Under the pieces are notes generated by a model, which saw nothing but the letters and a program-made list of their open reading frames with translations, ran no database searches and was not told the origin of the DNA. From positions 1,440,001-1,504,000 of the forward strand of contig CAWCRS010000007.1 in the NCBI GenBank assembly GCA_963798085.1: DNA of 64,000 bases, read 5' to 3'. This document shows, in pieces, positions 1-11,117 of the stretch. Source of the DNA: an uncultured Gemmatimonadales bacterium (GTDB taxonomy: Bacteria; Gemmatimonadota; Gemmatimonadetes; Longimicrobiales; RSA9). The translations under genes and the position numbers were made by a program. Numbering within the stretch: position 1 is the stretch's first letter; each line of letters begins with the position of its first letter.

Positions 1-758
1 CAGTCTCTCGCGTGGCGGGTCGATGAACGAAGGGCTGGTGTCGACTCGCCTCGGCCTGATCGGCATTCCCAATGCGGCCGAAGACGTCGATGATCGCGCG
101 CGACCTGATGCTCGCGGAGCTGACCGGCGGCCGCATCCACATCCAGCACGTGTCCACGCAGCGCGGTGTGGAGCTGATTCGCACCGCCCGCGAGCGTGGT
201 GTGCGTGTGTCCGCGGAGGCGACGCCGCACCACTTCACGCTCACCGACGAAGCGGTCGAAGGCTACCGCACGGAAGCCAAGATGAACCCGCCGCTGCGCA
301 CGGCGAGGGACCGGCAGGCCGTAATCGAGGGCGTGGCGGACGGCACGCTCGACGTGATCGCCACGGATCACGCGCCGCACCACTACGACGAGAAGGAGCA
401 GGCCTTCGAGGATGCGCCCTTCGGCATTGTCGGCCTGGAGACAGCGCTGGGGCTGGCGCTCAGCGGGCTGGTGGACACGGGCGTGATCACGCTGGCGCAG
501 CTGGTGGAGCGCATGAGTTGCTCGCCTGCGCGTGCCTTCAAACTGCCCGGCGGCACCCTGCGCATGGGCGCGCCTGCCAATGTCACGGTATTCGATCCGG
601 CGCTGGAATGGACCATCGATGCGGCGCGTTTTCTGTCGAAGAGCCATAACACGCCGTTTGGCGGCCGGCACGTGCGCGGTCGCGCGCTGCTTACCGTGGT
701 GGGCGGCCGCATTGTGTGGGATGCGCAGCCGCACGCCGTGAGCACGACTGCGGGATGA
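1..758 (+). CDS. pyrC: Dihydroorotase, 5' partial, apparent extra-base frameshift near 88
   Basis: MNEGLVSTRLGLIGIPNAAEDV (one frame) continues into IARDLMLAELTGGRIHIQHVST, KMNPPLR and IATDHAPH (other frame). Confidence 0.9.
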
Positions 759-2053
759 GCCCGCGCGCCGCTCTGCCCGGCCCGCGACAATGGATCGGCG
801 AGGCGGAGGCGGCGTGGCCCTCGCCTGAGCGGATCGAACCCGGACAGAGCATCGTCGCCTGCTATGCTGTGCTGGCAGTCCACGCCGCCCGTGCCGCGGC
901 GGGCGATTTCCTGCTCACGCTGGAGCTGAGCGAGGCACGCGGTCGCGTGACCGGCCAGCTCATCACGTCGGAGGCGCCGCCCGACTGGCTGCGTGATGGC
1001 GTGTATGTGGGTGTGCGTGCGACGGCCGAGTCCGGGCCCGACGGAATCCGGCTGGCAATCGAGGAAGTGTCGCCACTGCAGGTGGCGCTCGAGGAGCTGG
1101 CGCTGTTCCTGCCGCGCTCACCCGCCAGCCTGGAAGCGCTCGAGCACGAACTGCAGATGCTCATCGGCGCCGTCCGCGATGTCGGGCTGGCGCAGGTGCT
1201 GTCGCTGCTGCTCGCGGCCGACAGCGAGACCGGGCGCGGCTTCCGGCTGGCGCCCGCGGCCACGCGCAACCACCACGCCTACCTCGGCGGCCTGCTCGAA
1301 CACACGGTTAGTGTAGCCCGCCTGGCAATGGCCGCCGGCGCGCAGTACGGCGCTGCCGTGGATCACGACCTGCTGCTCAGCGGCGCACTGCTGCACGACA
1401 TCGGCAAGGTGCGCGAGATCGGCGCCCAGGCGGGCTTTCCCTACACGGATGAGGGGCGGCTGCTGGGCCACATCCTGCTGGGGCTGCAGATGGTGCGCGA
1501 GGCGGCCGCGCAGACCGGCCTCGACGCCGAACGCCTGCTGCTGCTCGAGCACCTCGTCGCCAGCCATCAGGGTCGCTACGAGTGGCAGAGCCCGCGCGAG
1601 CCGCGCACGCTGGAAGCGCTCATCCTGCATTACGTCGATGACCTCGATGCCAAGGTCAACCAGGCGCTGCGCGTGCTGCACACCGTCGAGCGCGGCTGGA
1701 CCGACTACGACCGCGGGTTCGGTCGCGAGCTGCTGCGCCACGTGCGCCCGCCCGCAGCCGGGCCGGAGCGCATCGCCGGTGCTGAAGCGGCGGCGGACGC
1801 ATCGTCGCCCGCGCCATCGTCCAGAGAACACAGGGAGAAAGGTTCCGGCCGGACACGCGACGGCCGGCGCCGGACAAAGGCGCAGGGTCGGCGCAAAGCG
1901 AAACGGGGAAAGAAGCGCGGCTCCGCGGTGCGTGGCAGGCAGGGATCCGGCACGCGCATGACGCCGGAGCGTGCGCAGCGGGACGGCGGGTCGGCATTGC
2001 CGGGCCACCCCGGCTTCATCGACCGCGATACCCTCGACCTGTTCGCGAGCTGA
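755..2053 (+). CDS. HD-domain protein, YhaM/Cbf1-like 3'-5' exoribonuclease
   Basis: OB-fold-like N-terminus; APAA.RNHHAYLGGLLEHT, LLHDIGK, GHI, SHQG and HYVDDLDAK motifs; ATGA overlap with pyrC. Confidence 0.8.
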   Translation: MSPRAALPGPRQWIGEAEAAWPSPERIEPGQSIVACYAVLAVHAARAAAGDFLLTLELSEARGRVTGQLITSEAPPDWLRDGVYVGVRATAESGPDGIRLAIEEVSPLQVALEELALFLPRSPASLEALEHELQMLIGAVRDVGLAQVLSLLLAADSETGRGFRLAPAATRNHHAYLGGLLEHTVSVARLAMAAGAQYGAAVDHDLLLSGALLHDIGKVREIGAQAGFPYTDEGRLLGHILLGLQMVREAAAQTGLDAERLLLLEHLVASHQGRYEWQSPREPRTLEALILHYVDDLDAKVNQALRVLHTVERGWTDYDRGFGRELLRHVRPPAAGPERIAGAEAAADASSPAPSSREHREKGSGRTRDGRRRTKAQGRRKAKRGKKRGSAVRGRQGSGTRMTPERAQRDGGSALPGHPGFIDRDTLDLFAS

Positions 2054-2067
2054 GACGCAATGCGAAA

Positions 2068-2100
2068 GGCCCCGCGCTCCGACTCGCGAAGCGCGGGGCC
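2068..2100. terminator. Hairpin terminator between convergent genes
   Basis: GGCCCCGCGCT...AGCGCGGGGCC perfect 11-bp stem. Confidence 0.65.
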
Positions 2101-2121
2101 CCTTGCCGGCGAAGCCGCGTT

Positions 2122-2379
2122 TCAGACGCTGAGCTTCGCCACGTGCCGCGCCAGCTGCGACTTCTTGCGCGCGGCCTTGTTGCGGTGGATGTGATCACGC
2201 GTGGCCAGGCGGTCCAGCACGACGTACGCTTCACGCAGCGCCGTGTCGCCCGAGGCCGCGTCCGTCGCCGTCATCACCCGCTTGACTGCACTCTTGATGC
2301 GCGACCGCTGCGTGCGATTGTGCGCGCGCCGCCGCCGATCCTGCCGCATCTTCTTCTGTGCACTGCGCGTGTTCGCCAA
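2122..2379 (-). CDS. rpsT: 30S ribosomal protein S20
   Basis: ANTRSAQKKMRQ...IHRNKAARKKSQL; TTG start with GGAGG Shine-Dalgarno. Confidence 0.95.
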   Translation of the reverse strand: MANTRSAQKKMRQDRRRRAHNRTQRSRIKSAVKRVMTATDAASGDTALREAYVVLDRLATRDHIHRNKAARKKSQLARHVAKLSV

Positions 2380-2424
2380 GAACTGCCTCCACACGTCGTT
2401 ACGTAATCGGGAAACGACCCGCGG

Positions 2425-2454
2425 AAGCTACCGGCGCAAGGGGGTGTCTGTCAA
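2425..2454 (-). promoter_or_regulatory. Putative sigma70 promoter of rpsT
   Basis: TTGACA-N18-TAGCTT on the minus strand. Confidence 0.55.
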
Positions 2455-2515
2455 CCTGGCGTGACCCGCTTCGGGGTGGCGTCGCTTCGGGCTCCGTCGT
2501 TACCTTGACGCGACC

Positions 2516-3163
2516 ATGGATGTCCTCGTTCTGGTTCCGGTCCTGCTCTTCTCCTTCGTGGCGCACGAGTTCGCGCACGCATGGGTAGCCTTGAAGCAGG
2601 GCGATCCCACGGCGTACGAGCTGGGACGCGTCACGCTGAACCCGCTGCCGCACATCGATCTGTTCGGCACCATTCTCGTGCCGGCCATGTTGATTGCGTC
2701 CGGCTCCGGCATGCTCATCGGCTGGGCCAAGCCGGTCCCCGTCATATCGCGCAATTTCCGCAACTTCCGGCGAGGCGACATCCTGGTGTCGCTGGCCGGC
2801 GTCACCGCCAACTTCCTGATTGCGGTGAGCTGCACGCTGCTCATGATCCTGCTCGCGTATGCGGAGCGGCTGTTGCCGGGCACGGTTGCCTGGGCGCATC
2901 CGGTCGAGCGCATGCTGAGCGCCGGCATCTCGCTCAACTTCCTGCTCGTGGTCTTCAACCTGCTGCCGCTGCCGCCTCTCGATGGGTCACGACTGATCTA
3001 CCACTTTCTGCCGCCGGCGGCAGGCGTCTGGTATCGACGCTTCGAGCGCTACGGCCTGCTGATCTTCATTCTGCTGCTCATGACCGGCACCATCTCGGTG
3101 CTGCTCTGGCCGGCGGGAGAACTGGAGCGGCTGTCGTGGGCGCTGATCCACTGGTCCACGTAG
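2516..3163 (+). CDS. Site-2 protease family (M50) metalloprotease
   Basis: HEFAH and FNLLPLPPLDG motifs, hydrophobic segments. Confidence 0.92.
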   Translation: MDVLVLVPVLLFSFVAHEFAHAWVALKQGDPTAYELGRVTLNPLPHIDLFGTILVPAMLIASGSGMLIGWAKPVPVISRNFRNFRRGDILVSLAGVTANFLIAVSCTLLMILLAYAERLLPGTVAWAHPVERMLSAGISLNFLLVVFNLLPLPPLDGSRLIYHFLPPAAGVWYRRFERYGLLIFILLLMTGTISVLLWPAGELERLSWALIHWST

Positions 3164-3924
3164 CACCGGCACGAGACGCCGACGGCGCCTTCGTGGTCGA
3201 GCTGGATCGCTTCACCGGTCCGCTCGACCTTCTGCTGCATCTGATCCGCGAGCAGGACATCGACATCTTCGATATCCCGATCGCGCAGATCACGGCGCAG
3301 TTCCTGGCGGTGATCGAAGGTGTCGAGCAGCTGGGGCTGGACCGCGCGGGTGAGTTCCTCGAGATGGCCGCTTTGCTGGTGCGCATCAAGGCGCAGATGG
3401 TTCTGCCGCGGCGCACTGAAGAAGGCGAAGCCATTGAGGATCCGCGCGCGGAGCTGGTGCGGCGCCTGCTCGAGTACGAGCATTTCCGCGAGGCCGCGCT
3501 GTGTCTCGAGGAAGCCGAGTCGGCACGCCGCCGGCAGTTCCGGCGAGGCTGGGTGCCGCCTCGCCACGCGCCGCCGCCGGCGCCCGTCGCGCTGGAGCTG
3601 AGCTGGGCGGAACTGTTCGATGCCGCGCTCGTCGTCGGCGATCGAGCGAGGCCTCGCCTCGAACATCACGTGCGACCGCGCGCGGTCGCGCTGGAAGACA
3701 AGATCGGGCTGATCGTGCAGGTGTTGAAGCGACTGCCGCGCGTCGAGTTCGCGCGTCTGATCCGCCCCTTCGCCGACCGACTGCACGGTGTCATCACTCT
3801 GCTGGCCGGACTGGAACTGGCCAGGCGGCGCGAACTGGCCATGCGACAGAGCGAGCCCTTCGCGCCCCTGTGGCTCTACCGCGGGAAGGACGCATCATCG
3901 GATGAGGTTGACGCAGATCGTTGA
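3160..3924 (+). CDS. scpA: Segregation and condensation protein A (start uncertain; first in-frame GTG at 3193)
   Basis: FTGPLDLLLHLI, DIPIAQIT, EFLEMAA, DPRAELVRRLLEY. Confidence 0.9.
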   Translation, partial: VAPARDADGAFVVELDRFTGPLDLLLHLIREQDIDIFDIPIAQITAQFLAVIEGVEQLGLDRAGEFLEMAALLVRIKAQMVLPRRTEEGEAIEDPRAELVRRLLEYEHFREAALCLEEAESARRRQFRRGWVPPRHAPPPAPVALELSWAELFDAALVVGDRARPRLEHHVRPRAVALEDKIGLIVQVLKRLPRVEFARLIRPFADRLHGVITLLAGLELARRRELAMRQSEPFAPLWLYRGKDASSDEVDADR

Positions 3925-4648
3925 GGCGCTGCTGTTCGCGAGCGATGCGCCGCTCAGTGCGGCGGACCTCGCGCGCGTGGATGAGCGTCTCGACGAAGAC
4001 ACGGTTGCGGCCGTGATCGAGGAATTGCGCGCCAGTTACGACAGGGAAGAGCGCGCGTTCTCCATCTATGAAGTGGCGGGCGGCTACCAACTGCTGACGC
4101 GCCCGGACTTCGAGGCGGTGCTCGACCGGTACCAGACTGTACCACAGAGCGGTCGACTGTCGATGCCGGCACTCGAAGTACTCGCCATCATTGCGTTCCG
4201 GCAGCCACTCGGACGCAGCGAAGTCGAAGAGATTCGCGGCGTGCAGTCGAGCGCCGTGCTGCGCACGCTGCAGGAACGGGAGCTGATCGAGCCGGTAGCG
4301 CGCGGCGAAGGCCTGGGCCGGCCCATGCTCTACGCCACCACGAATCGATTCCTCGAGCATTTCGGTTTTCGCTCGCTGGAGGATCTGCCCAGACCGGATG
4401 AGCTTCCCGTCGTTCTGCGTGCGGTGCCACCCGCCGCGGCCGCACTCGCGTTCGCACCGCCCGAGCCGGACGAGCCATCGCCGCTGTCCGAGACCGCGGA
4501 AATCGAGGCGGAGGCGCTGCACCTGCACCTGGCGCCGGCAAGGGAAGACGGCGAGGTGCACGATTGGCCGGTCGAAGACGTGGTTGAATCGATCGTGGCC
4601 ACGGGCGGTGACGCGGGCGACCTGGCCGATGAAGACTCGCCAGCCTGA
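3902..4648 (+). CDS. scpB: Segregation and condensation protein B
   Basis: IVEALLFAS, EVAGGYQL, LEVLAIIAFRQP, GRPMLYATT..FLEHFG. Confidence 0.93.
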   Translation: MRLTQIVEALLFASDAPLSAADLARVDERLDEDTVAAVIEELRASYDREERAFSIYEVAGGYQLLTRPDFEAVLDRYQTVPQSGRLSMPALEVLAIIAFRQPLGRSEVEEIRGVQSSAVLRTLQERELIEPVARGEGLGRPMLYATTNRFLEHFGFRSLEDLPRPDELPVVLRAVPPAAAALAFAPPEPDEPSPLSETAEIEAEALHLHLAPAREDGEVHDWPVEDVVESIVATGGDAGDLADEDSPA

Positions 4649-5442
4649 TGGCCGCGCTGGTCCGTCTGCAGAAGCATCTGGCACGCGCCGGCATTGCTTC
4701 GCGGCGTGCCTCGGAGGCGGTCATCCTCGCGGGCCGCGTCCGCGTCAATGGCCAGGTGGTGCGTGAGCTGGGCACACGCGTCGATCCCGACCATGATGTC
4801 GTGGAAGTCGATGGCCGCCGGCTCGCTGTCCGCCCCGCGCTCTGGATCGCATTGCACAAGCCGCGCGGCTACGTCTGCACGCGCCGCGACCCGCAGCACC
4901 GGCCGACCGTATACTCGCTGCTCCCGCCGGAACACCACGACCTGTTCACGGTGGGCCGGCTGGACGCGGACAGTGAAGGCCTGCTCCTGCTCACGAATGA
5001 AGGCGATGCCGCACATCAGCTCCTGCACCCGCGCTTCGCTGTCGAGCGCGTGTACCTGGCGCAGGTGCAGGGCTCACCCGGCCCGGCTGTGTTGCAGCAG
5101 TTGACCCGCGGCATTCCTCTGGACGACGGCGAGGCGCGCGCACTCTCGGCGCAGCGCGTCAACGGGCGGGGTGGCGAGCGCATCCGCATCGTGCTGGCAG
5201 AAGGACGCAAGCGTGAGGTGCGGCGCATGCTCGAGGCCGTGGGCCATCCCGTGCGCAGACTGCGTCGCATACGCTACGGCCCCATCACGCTGGGCGCGCT
5301 GCCCGCCGGCCGGTGGCGAGCGCTGCGCGCAGACGAGGTCGCGGCGCTGCCTCGACCGAGGACGGATTCGCCGCCCCCGGCGGCAGCCCCTGACGACACA
5401 ACGCGCCCGCAACACGGCATTCCCCGCAACAAGGCAACCTGA
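4648..5442 (+). CDS. rluB: rRNA pseudouridine synthase (RluB/RsuA family)
   Basis: S4 domain RLQKHLARAGIASRR; VGRLDADSEGLLLLTN; follows scpAB. Confidence 0.88.
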   Translation: MAALVRLQKHLARAGIASRRASEAVILAGRVRVNGQVVRELGTRVDPDHDVVEVDGRRLAVRPALWIALHKPRGYVCTRRDPQHRPTVYSLLPPEHHDLFTVGRLDADSEGLLLLTNEGDAAHQLLHPRFAVERVYLAQVQGSPGPAVLQQLTRGIPLDDGEARALSAQRVNGRGGERIRIVLAEGRKREVRRMLEAVGHPVRRLRRIRYGPITLGALPAGRWRALRADEVAALPRPRTDSPPPAAAPDDTTRPQHGIPRNKAT

Positions 5443-5445
5443 CGC

Positions 5446-7098
5446 ATGGACATTGGCGGCAAGAACGTCCTGCTCCTGGGTGGGTCGGGACTGGTGGGGA
5501 TGGCGGTGGCGAGGGAGCTGATGCCGCACGTGCCCGCCATGCTCGTCATCTGCGGACTCACGCGCGATGAAGCCGAAACGGCCGCCGCCGAGCTGCGCGC
5601 GGAGCGTGCACTGCAGCCCGGCACCCGCGTCGAGGCGGAATGGGGCGACGTGCTGCTCCTCGAGTCCATGCGCGAGATGCGACGCAGCGACGTCGTGGCC
5701 GACCCCGCGCTGCGTGCCCGTCTGCTCGATGACCTGTTCGGCGAGATGAACGACGACGTGCTGCGCCGCTCCGCACTGGGCGCGCTGCTGCTGCGCCGCC
5801 GTCCCGACATCCTGATCGACTGCATCAACACCGCCACCGTCTTCGCCTACCAGAACATCTTCGAAGGTGCGCGCCAGCTGCGCGCGCGCGCCGCGGAATC
5901 GGGCGCAACGCTCGATGATGTGGAGCGCCTGCTGTCGACGATGTACACACCACAGCTGATCCGTCACGTGCAGATCGCACTGGAAGGGATGCGGCGCGCG
6001 GGCACGGGCTTCTATCTGAAGGTGGGCACGTCGGGAACCGGTGGCATGGGCCTCAACGTGCCGTTCACACATTCGGAGGAACGGCCCAGCCGCATGCTGC
6101 TGGCCAAGGCGGGCGTGGCCGGTGCGCACACACTGCTGCTCTACCTCATGGCGAGGACGCCGGACGCGCCCACGGTGAAGGAAGTGAAGCCCACGGCGGC
6201 CGTGAGCTGGAAGCGCATTGCCTACGGCGAAGTGCGCCGCGGCGGGCGCCCTATCGCGTGCTGGGATGCGCAGGCGCCGGTCGACCTTAACAGCGCGTTT
6301 GACGGCGCCGCCAGCTATGCCCCCACCGGAGAGGTGCTGCGCGGCGTGTACCTGGATGCAGGCGAGAACGGCCTGTTCAGCCTGCCCGAGTTCGAGACGC
6401 TCACCGCGCTCGGACTCATGGAGTACATCACACCGGAGGAGATCGCGCAGGATGTGGTGCGCGAAATCCGCGGCCAGCCCACAGGCCACGATGTGGTAGC
6501 CGCGCTGGATGCATCGACCTCGGGCCCGACGTACCGTGCCGGCGTGCTGCGCGAAGTGGCGCTGCAGCGCATGGCGGCGCTGGAGCAGGCCCACGGCGTG
6601 GAAAGCGTCGCCTATGAGATGCTGGGCCCGCCCCGCCTCTCCAAGCTGCTCTTCGAAGCGGCGATCCTCGGCCGGCTGTTCAGCGGCCTGAGCGAAGTGG
6701 CGGTGCTGGATGCGCAAGCAACCGCAGTGCGCGCCGATGCGCTGGTGCAGAGCGATGTCGATCTGCGGGTGCGTATCCTCTCGATCGGTCTGCCGATACT
6801 CCTTTCTGACGGGCAGCGGCTGCTGCGCGGGCCTGAGGTGAAAGTCACGCCGGCCGCCAATCAGCCGGCCACCGATCCGAAACTCCCCGACAATGGCTGG
6901 GTGGACCTAAGGTCCTCGAACTGGCGTAGATGGTGCACGCGCGCCGGTGACATCATCCGCGAGCGTCACGCGCACGCGGGACCCGAAGCGGGTTCGCGCA
7001 GCGAGCTGGAAACCGGCGACGGTGAGGGCATCCGGCCGGGTCGCCTGGCAGCCTGGGTTTTCCGCCGCGAGGACCGCGGAGCCCGGGTCAAGCGGTAG
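5446..7098 (+). CDS. Uncharacterised 550-aa Rossmann-fold (SDR-like) protein
   Basis: N-terminal [11 protein letters not shown] dinucleotide-binding motif; [11 protein letters not shown]. Confidence 0.65.
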   Translation: MDIGGKNVLLLGGSGLVGMAVARELMPHVPAMLVICGLTRDEAETAAAELRAERALQPGTRVEAEWGDVLLLESMREMRRSDVVADPALRARLLDDLFGEMNDDVLRRSALGALLLRRRPDILIDCINTATVFAYQNIFEGARQLRARAAESGATLDDVERLLSTMYTPQLIRHVQIALEGMRRAGTGFYLKVGTSGTGGMGLNVPFTHSEERPSRMLLAKAGVAGAHTLLLYLMARTPDAPTVKEVKPTAAVSWKRIAYGEVRRGGRPIACWDAQAPVDLNSAFDGAASYAPTGEVLRGVYLDAGENGLFSLPEFETLTALGLMEYITPEEIAQDVVREIRGQPTGHDVVAALDASTSGPTYRAGVLREVALQRMAALEQAHGVESVAYEMLGPPRLSKLLFEAAILGRLFSGLSEVAVLDAQATAVRADALVQSDVDLRVRILSIGLPILLSDGQRLLRGPEVKVTPAANQPATDPKLPDNGWVDLRSSNWRRWCTRAGDIIRERHAHAGPEAGSRSELETGDGEGIRPGRLAAWVFRREDRGARVKR

Positions 7099-7147
7099 TT
7101 CGGGTGTCAACGGGTTGGGATCCGCAGAACAGAGGGAGGGTCCGGCG

Positions 7148-8132
7148 TTGGAGGAAACGGCCGTCAAGACCGAGATCCAGGCCAGCCGCGACTTGACGCG
7201 GCGCATTACGCGCGAGCTGCACAAGCGCGTGGTGGGGCAGGACGAGCTGATCGAGCGCATCCTCATCGGGCTGCTCACAGGGGGTCACGTGCTGCTCGAG
7301 GGTGTGCCCGGGCTGGCGAAGACCCTGACCGTGCGTTCGCTGGCCGAGACCATCGACGCGGCCTTCGAGCGTATCCAGTTCACGCCTGACCTGCTGCCCG
7401 CCGATGTGGTGGGCACCATGATCTACAATCAGCGAACCGGCGAGTTCGCAGCCCGCAAGGGTCCGATTTTCGCTAATATCGTGTTGGCGGACGAGATCAA
7501 CCGCGCCCCGCCCAAGGTGCAGTCGGCCCTGCTCGAAGCCATGCAGGAGCACCAGGTGACGATCGGCGGGCAGACGTTCCCGCTGCCCTCCCCCTTCCTC
7601 GTGCTGGCCACGCAGAATCCGATCGAGCAGGAAGGCACCTATCCGCTGCCTGAAGCACAGGTCGACCGCTTCATGCTGAAGCTGCGCGTCACCTACCCGG
7701 ACAAGGCCGCGGAAAAGGAAGTGATGCGGCGCATGGCCGGGCAGCCGCTGGCCGCGCTGGAGCCGGTGGCGACCGCGGCCGAGCTCGAGGCGCGCACGCA
7801 GCGCCATTCACGGGCTCTACCTGGACGAGAAGATCGAGGACTACATCCTGGAACTGGTGCATGCTACGCGCGATCCGCTGGCGCACGGCATGCCCGATCT
7901 CGTCCCGCTCATTGAGTTCGGCGCCTCGCCGCGTGCCACCATCTACCTGGCGACCTGTGCGCGGGCGCACGCCTTCCTGCGCGGCCGCGGCTACGTTCTG
8001 CCGGAAGATGTGAAAGCGATCGGCCCGGACGTGCTGCGCCATCGCATCATCACGAGCTTCGAGGCAGACGCCGAAGAGATCACCTCGGACGACGTGGTGG
8101 AGCGGGTCTTCGCCGCGATTCCGGTGCCCTGA
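7148..8132 (+). CDS. moxR: MoxR-family AAA+ ATPase, apparent frameshift near 7790
   Basis: [56 protein letters not shown]-terminus GASPRA in a second frame; TTG start with SD. Confidence 0.9.
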
Positions 8133-8134
8133 CC

Positions 8135-9147
<1,013 letters not shown>

Positions 9148-9151
<4 letters not shown>

Positions 9152-10131
9152 GGCGAACCGCGGCTTTCCCGGTCCTGCTGACACTGCTGTTCGCGGCGCA
9201 GAACGCTGCGGCGCAGCAGGCAAGGACGAAGCTGGTCCCGGACTCGGTCACGGTGGGCGATGTCTTCCGTGCCACAGTGCGGGTGGCTGCTCCCGTGGGC
9301 GCGCGCGTCGTCTTCCCGGACACGCTGGAGGTGCCGGAAAACGTGGAGGCGACGGCGCGGCGTGAGGTGACCGTCGACAGCAGCCGTGCCGGTGTGCGCA
9401 CGTACATCGCGAGCTTCCCGCTGGCCGCGTGGAAACCGGGCTCGGTGCAGCTGCCCACCGCCACCGTGCGCATCGAGCTGCCGGATGGCGGACGCACCGT
9501 GGAGGTCGAGGCCGATTTCCCCCGCCTGCGCGTGCACTCCGTGCTGCCCGTGGATACCGCGGGCATCCAGCCGCGGCCGCCAAAGGATGTGCTCGGGCCT
9601 AGCCGTCTGTTATGGCCCGCCGCGGTGGGACTCGGACTGCTGGCGGCGTTGCTCGGCTCTCGCGGTCTGGCTCTATCGCCGGCGCCGGCCGAAACCGGCA
9701 CTCGTGGTTGCGCCGCTGCTGCCGCTGGACGCGGCGCTGGCGGAACTGGATCGCATCCGCCGGCTGGGCCTGCTCGAGTCGGGCGAAGTGAAGGCCTTCT
9801 ATTCCGCGGTGACACGCGTGCTGCGCGCAGTACGCAGCCGTGCTCGAAGGCAGCTGGAGCACGGACCTGACGACGGGCGAGCTGCAGGCCATCAGGCGTG
9901 GCGGCTGACGGCACGCACACACGCGGCGCCCGTGTCCGCCGAGACGGTCGCAGCGGCAGAAGCGGACATTCGCTCGCTGATCGCGTTGCTCGCGCGTGCC
10001 GACCTCGTGAAGTTCGCGGGGAAACGGCCGGCCTGAGCCGAGGGCCAGCGGCTCTGGAGCGACGCGCGCGGCTGGGTGACGACTTTCGCCTGGCCCAACC
10101 CGCGATCGAGCCGCAGGAGGCCGCTGCATGA
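9148..10131 (+). CDS. Bat-operon membrane-anchored protein, several apparent frameshifts (~9655, ~9830-9890, ~10030)
   Basis: Signal peptide, VTVGD, TM segment followed by LYRRRRPKP, AALAELDRI, KAFY and ADLVKFA spread over different frames; lies between DUF58 and batA. Confidence 0.7.
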
Positions 10132-11117
10132 CACTCGGCTTCGCGAATCCGTGGGCGCTGCTGCTGCTGCTGCTGGTGCCGCTGTGGATCTTCTGGGCGA
10201 AGCGACATCCGGGATCCCTCGTGTTCTCACGCGCCGGCACGCTGCGCCGCGTGGCCGGCGCCGCGGCCGCACGGCTCGCGCGCATGCCCGCATGGCTGCG
10301 CGGTACCGCGCTGGTCGCGCTCATCGTCGCCATGGCGGCGCCGCGCACGGGCGCGTCCGTCGTCGATATCAATGCGGAGGGCATCGCGATCGTCATGGTG
10401 CTGGATATTTCCAGTTCCATGCTGGCGGAGGACTTCGCGCCGCGGAACCGGCTGACCGTGGCCAAGCAGAAGATGGCCGACTTCGTGCGCGGCCGGCAGT
10501 ACGATCGCATCGGCCTGGTGGCGTTCGCGGGTGAAGCCCTCACGCAGGTGCCCATAACAATCGATTATCCGGTCATCTATCAGGCACTGGACCAGCTCCA
10601 GCCGGGCGGGCAGTATCTCGAGGATGGCACCGCGATCGGGACCGCCATCGCCACGGCCGCGAACCGGCTGCGGCGGGCACCCGGCGAATCGCGTGTCATG
10701 ATCCTCATGACCGACGGCGAGAACAACCGCGGCGAGATCGATCCGCTGACCGCCGCACAGGCGGCCGCCGCCTACGGCATCAAGGTGTACACCATCGGCG
10801 TGGGCACGGAGGGCATGGCGCCCATACCGGTGGCCGTGACGCCCTTCGGTCTGCAGTACGCCACGCTGCAGGTGCACATTGATGAGCAACTGCTCACCGA
10901 GATCGCGCATCTCACGGGCGGCCGCTATTTCCGCGCCACGAACGAGATGGCGCTGGACAGCATCTACCACCAGATCAACCGGCTGGAGAAGAGCACGGTG
11001 GACGTGCGGCGCTACACGCAGTATACACCGCGTTATCTGCCTTTCCTGCTGCTCGCCGTGCTGGCGCTGGCCGGGGAATGGTCGCTGCGCGCCAGCCCGC
11101 TGGGTAGGGTGCCATGA
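10128..11117 (+). CDS. batA: VWA domain protein BatA
   Basis: FANPWALLLL, LDISSSM MIDAS, DRIGLVAFAG, GTAIG, LMTDGENN. Confidence 0.9.
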   Translation: MTLGFANPWALLLLLLVPLWIFWAKRHPGSLVFSRAGTLRRVAGAAAARLARMPAWLRGTALVALIVAMAAPRTGASVVDINAEGIAIVMVLDISSSMLAEDFAPRNRLTVAKQKMADFVRGRQYDRIGLVAFAGEALTQVPITIDYPVIYQALDQLQPGGQYLEDGTAIGTAIATAANRLRRAPGESRVMILMTDGENNRGEIDPLTAAQAAAAYGIKVYTIGVGTEGMAPIPVAVTPFGLQYATLQVHIDEQLLTEIAHLTGGRYFRATNEMALDSIYHQINRLEKSTVDVRRYTQYTPRYLPFLLLAVLALAGEWSLRASPLGRVP

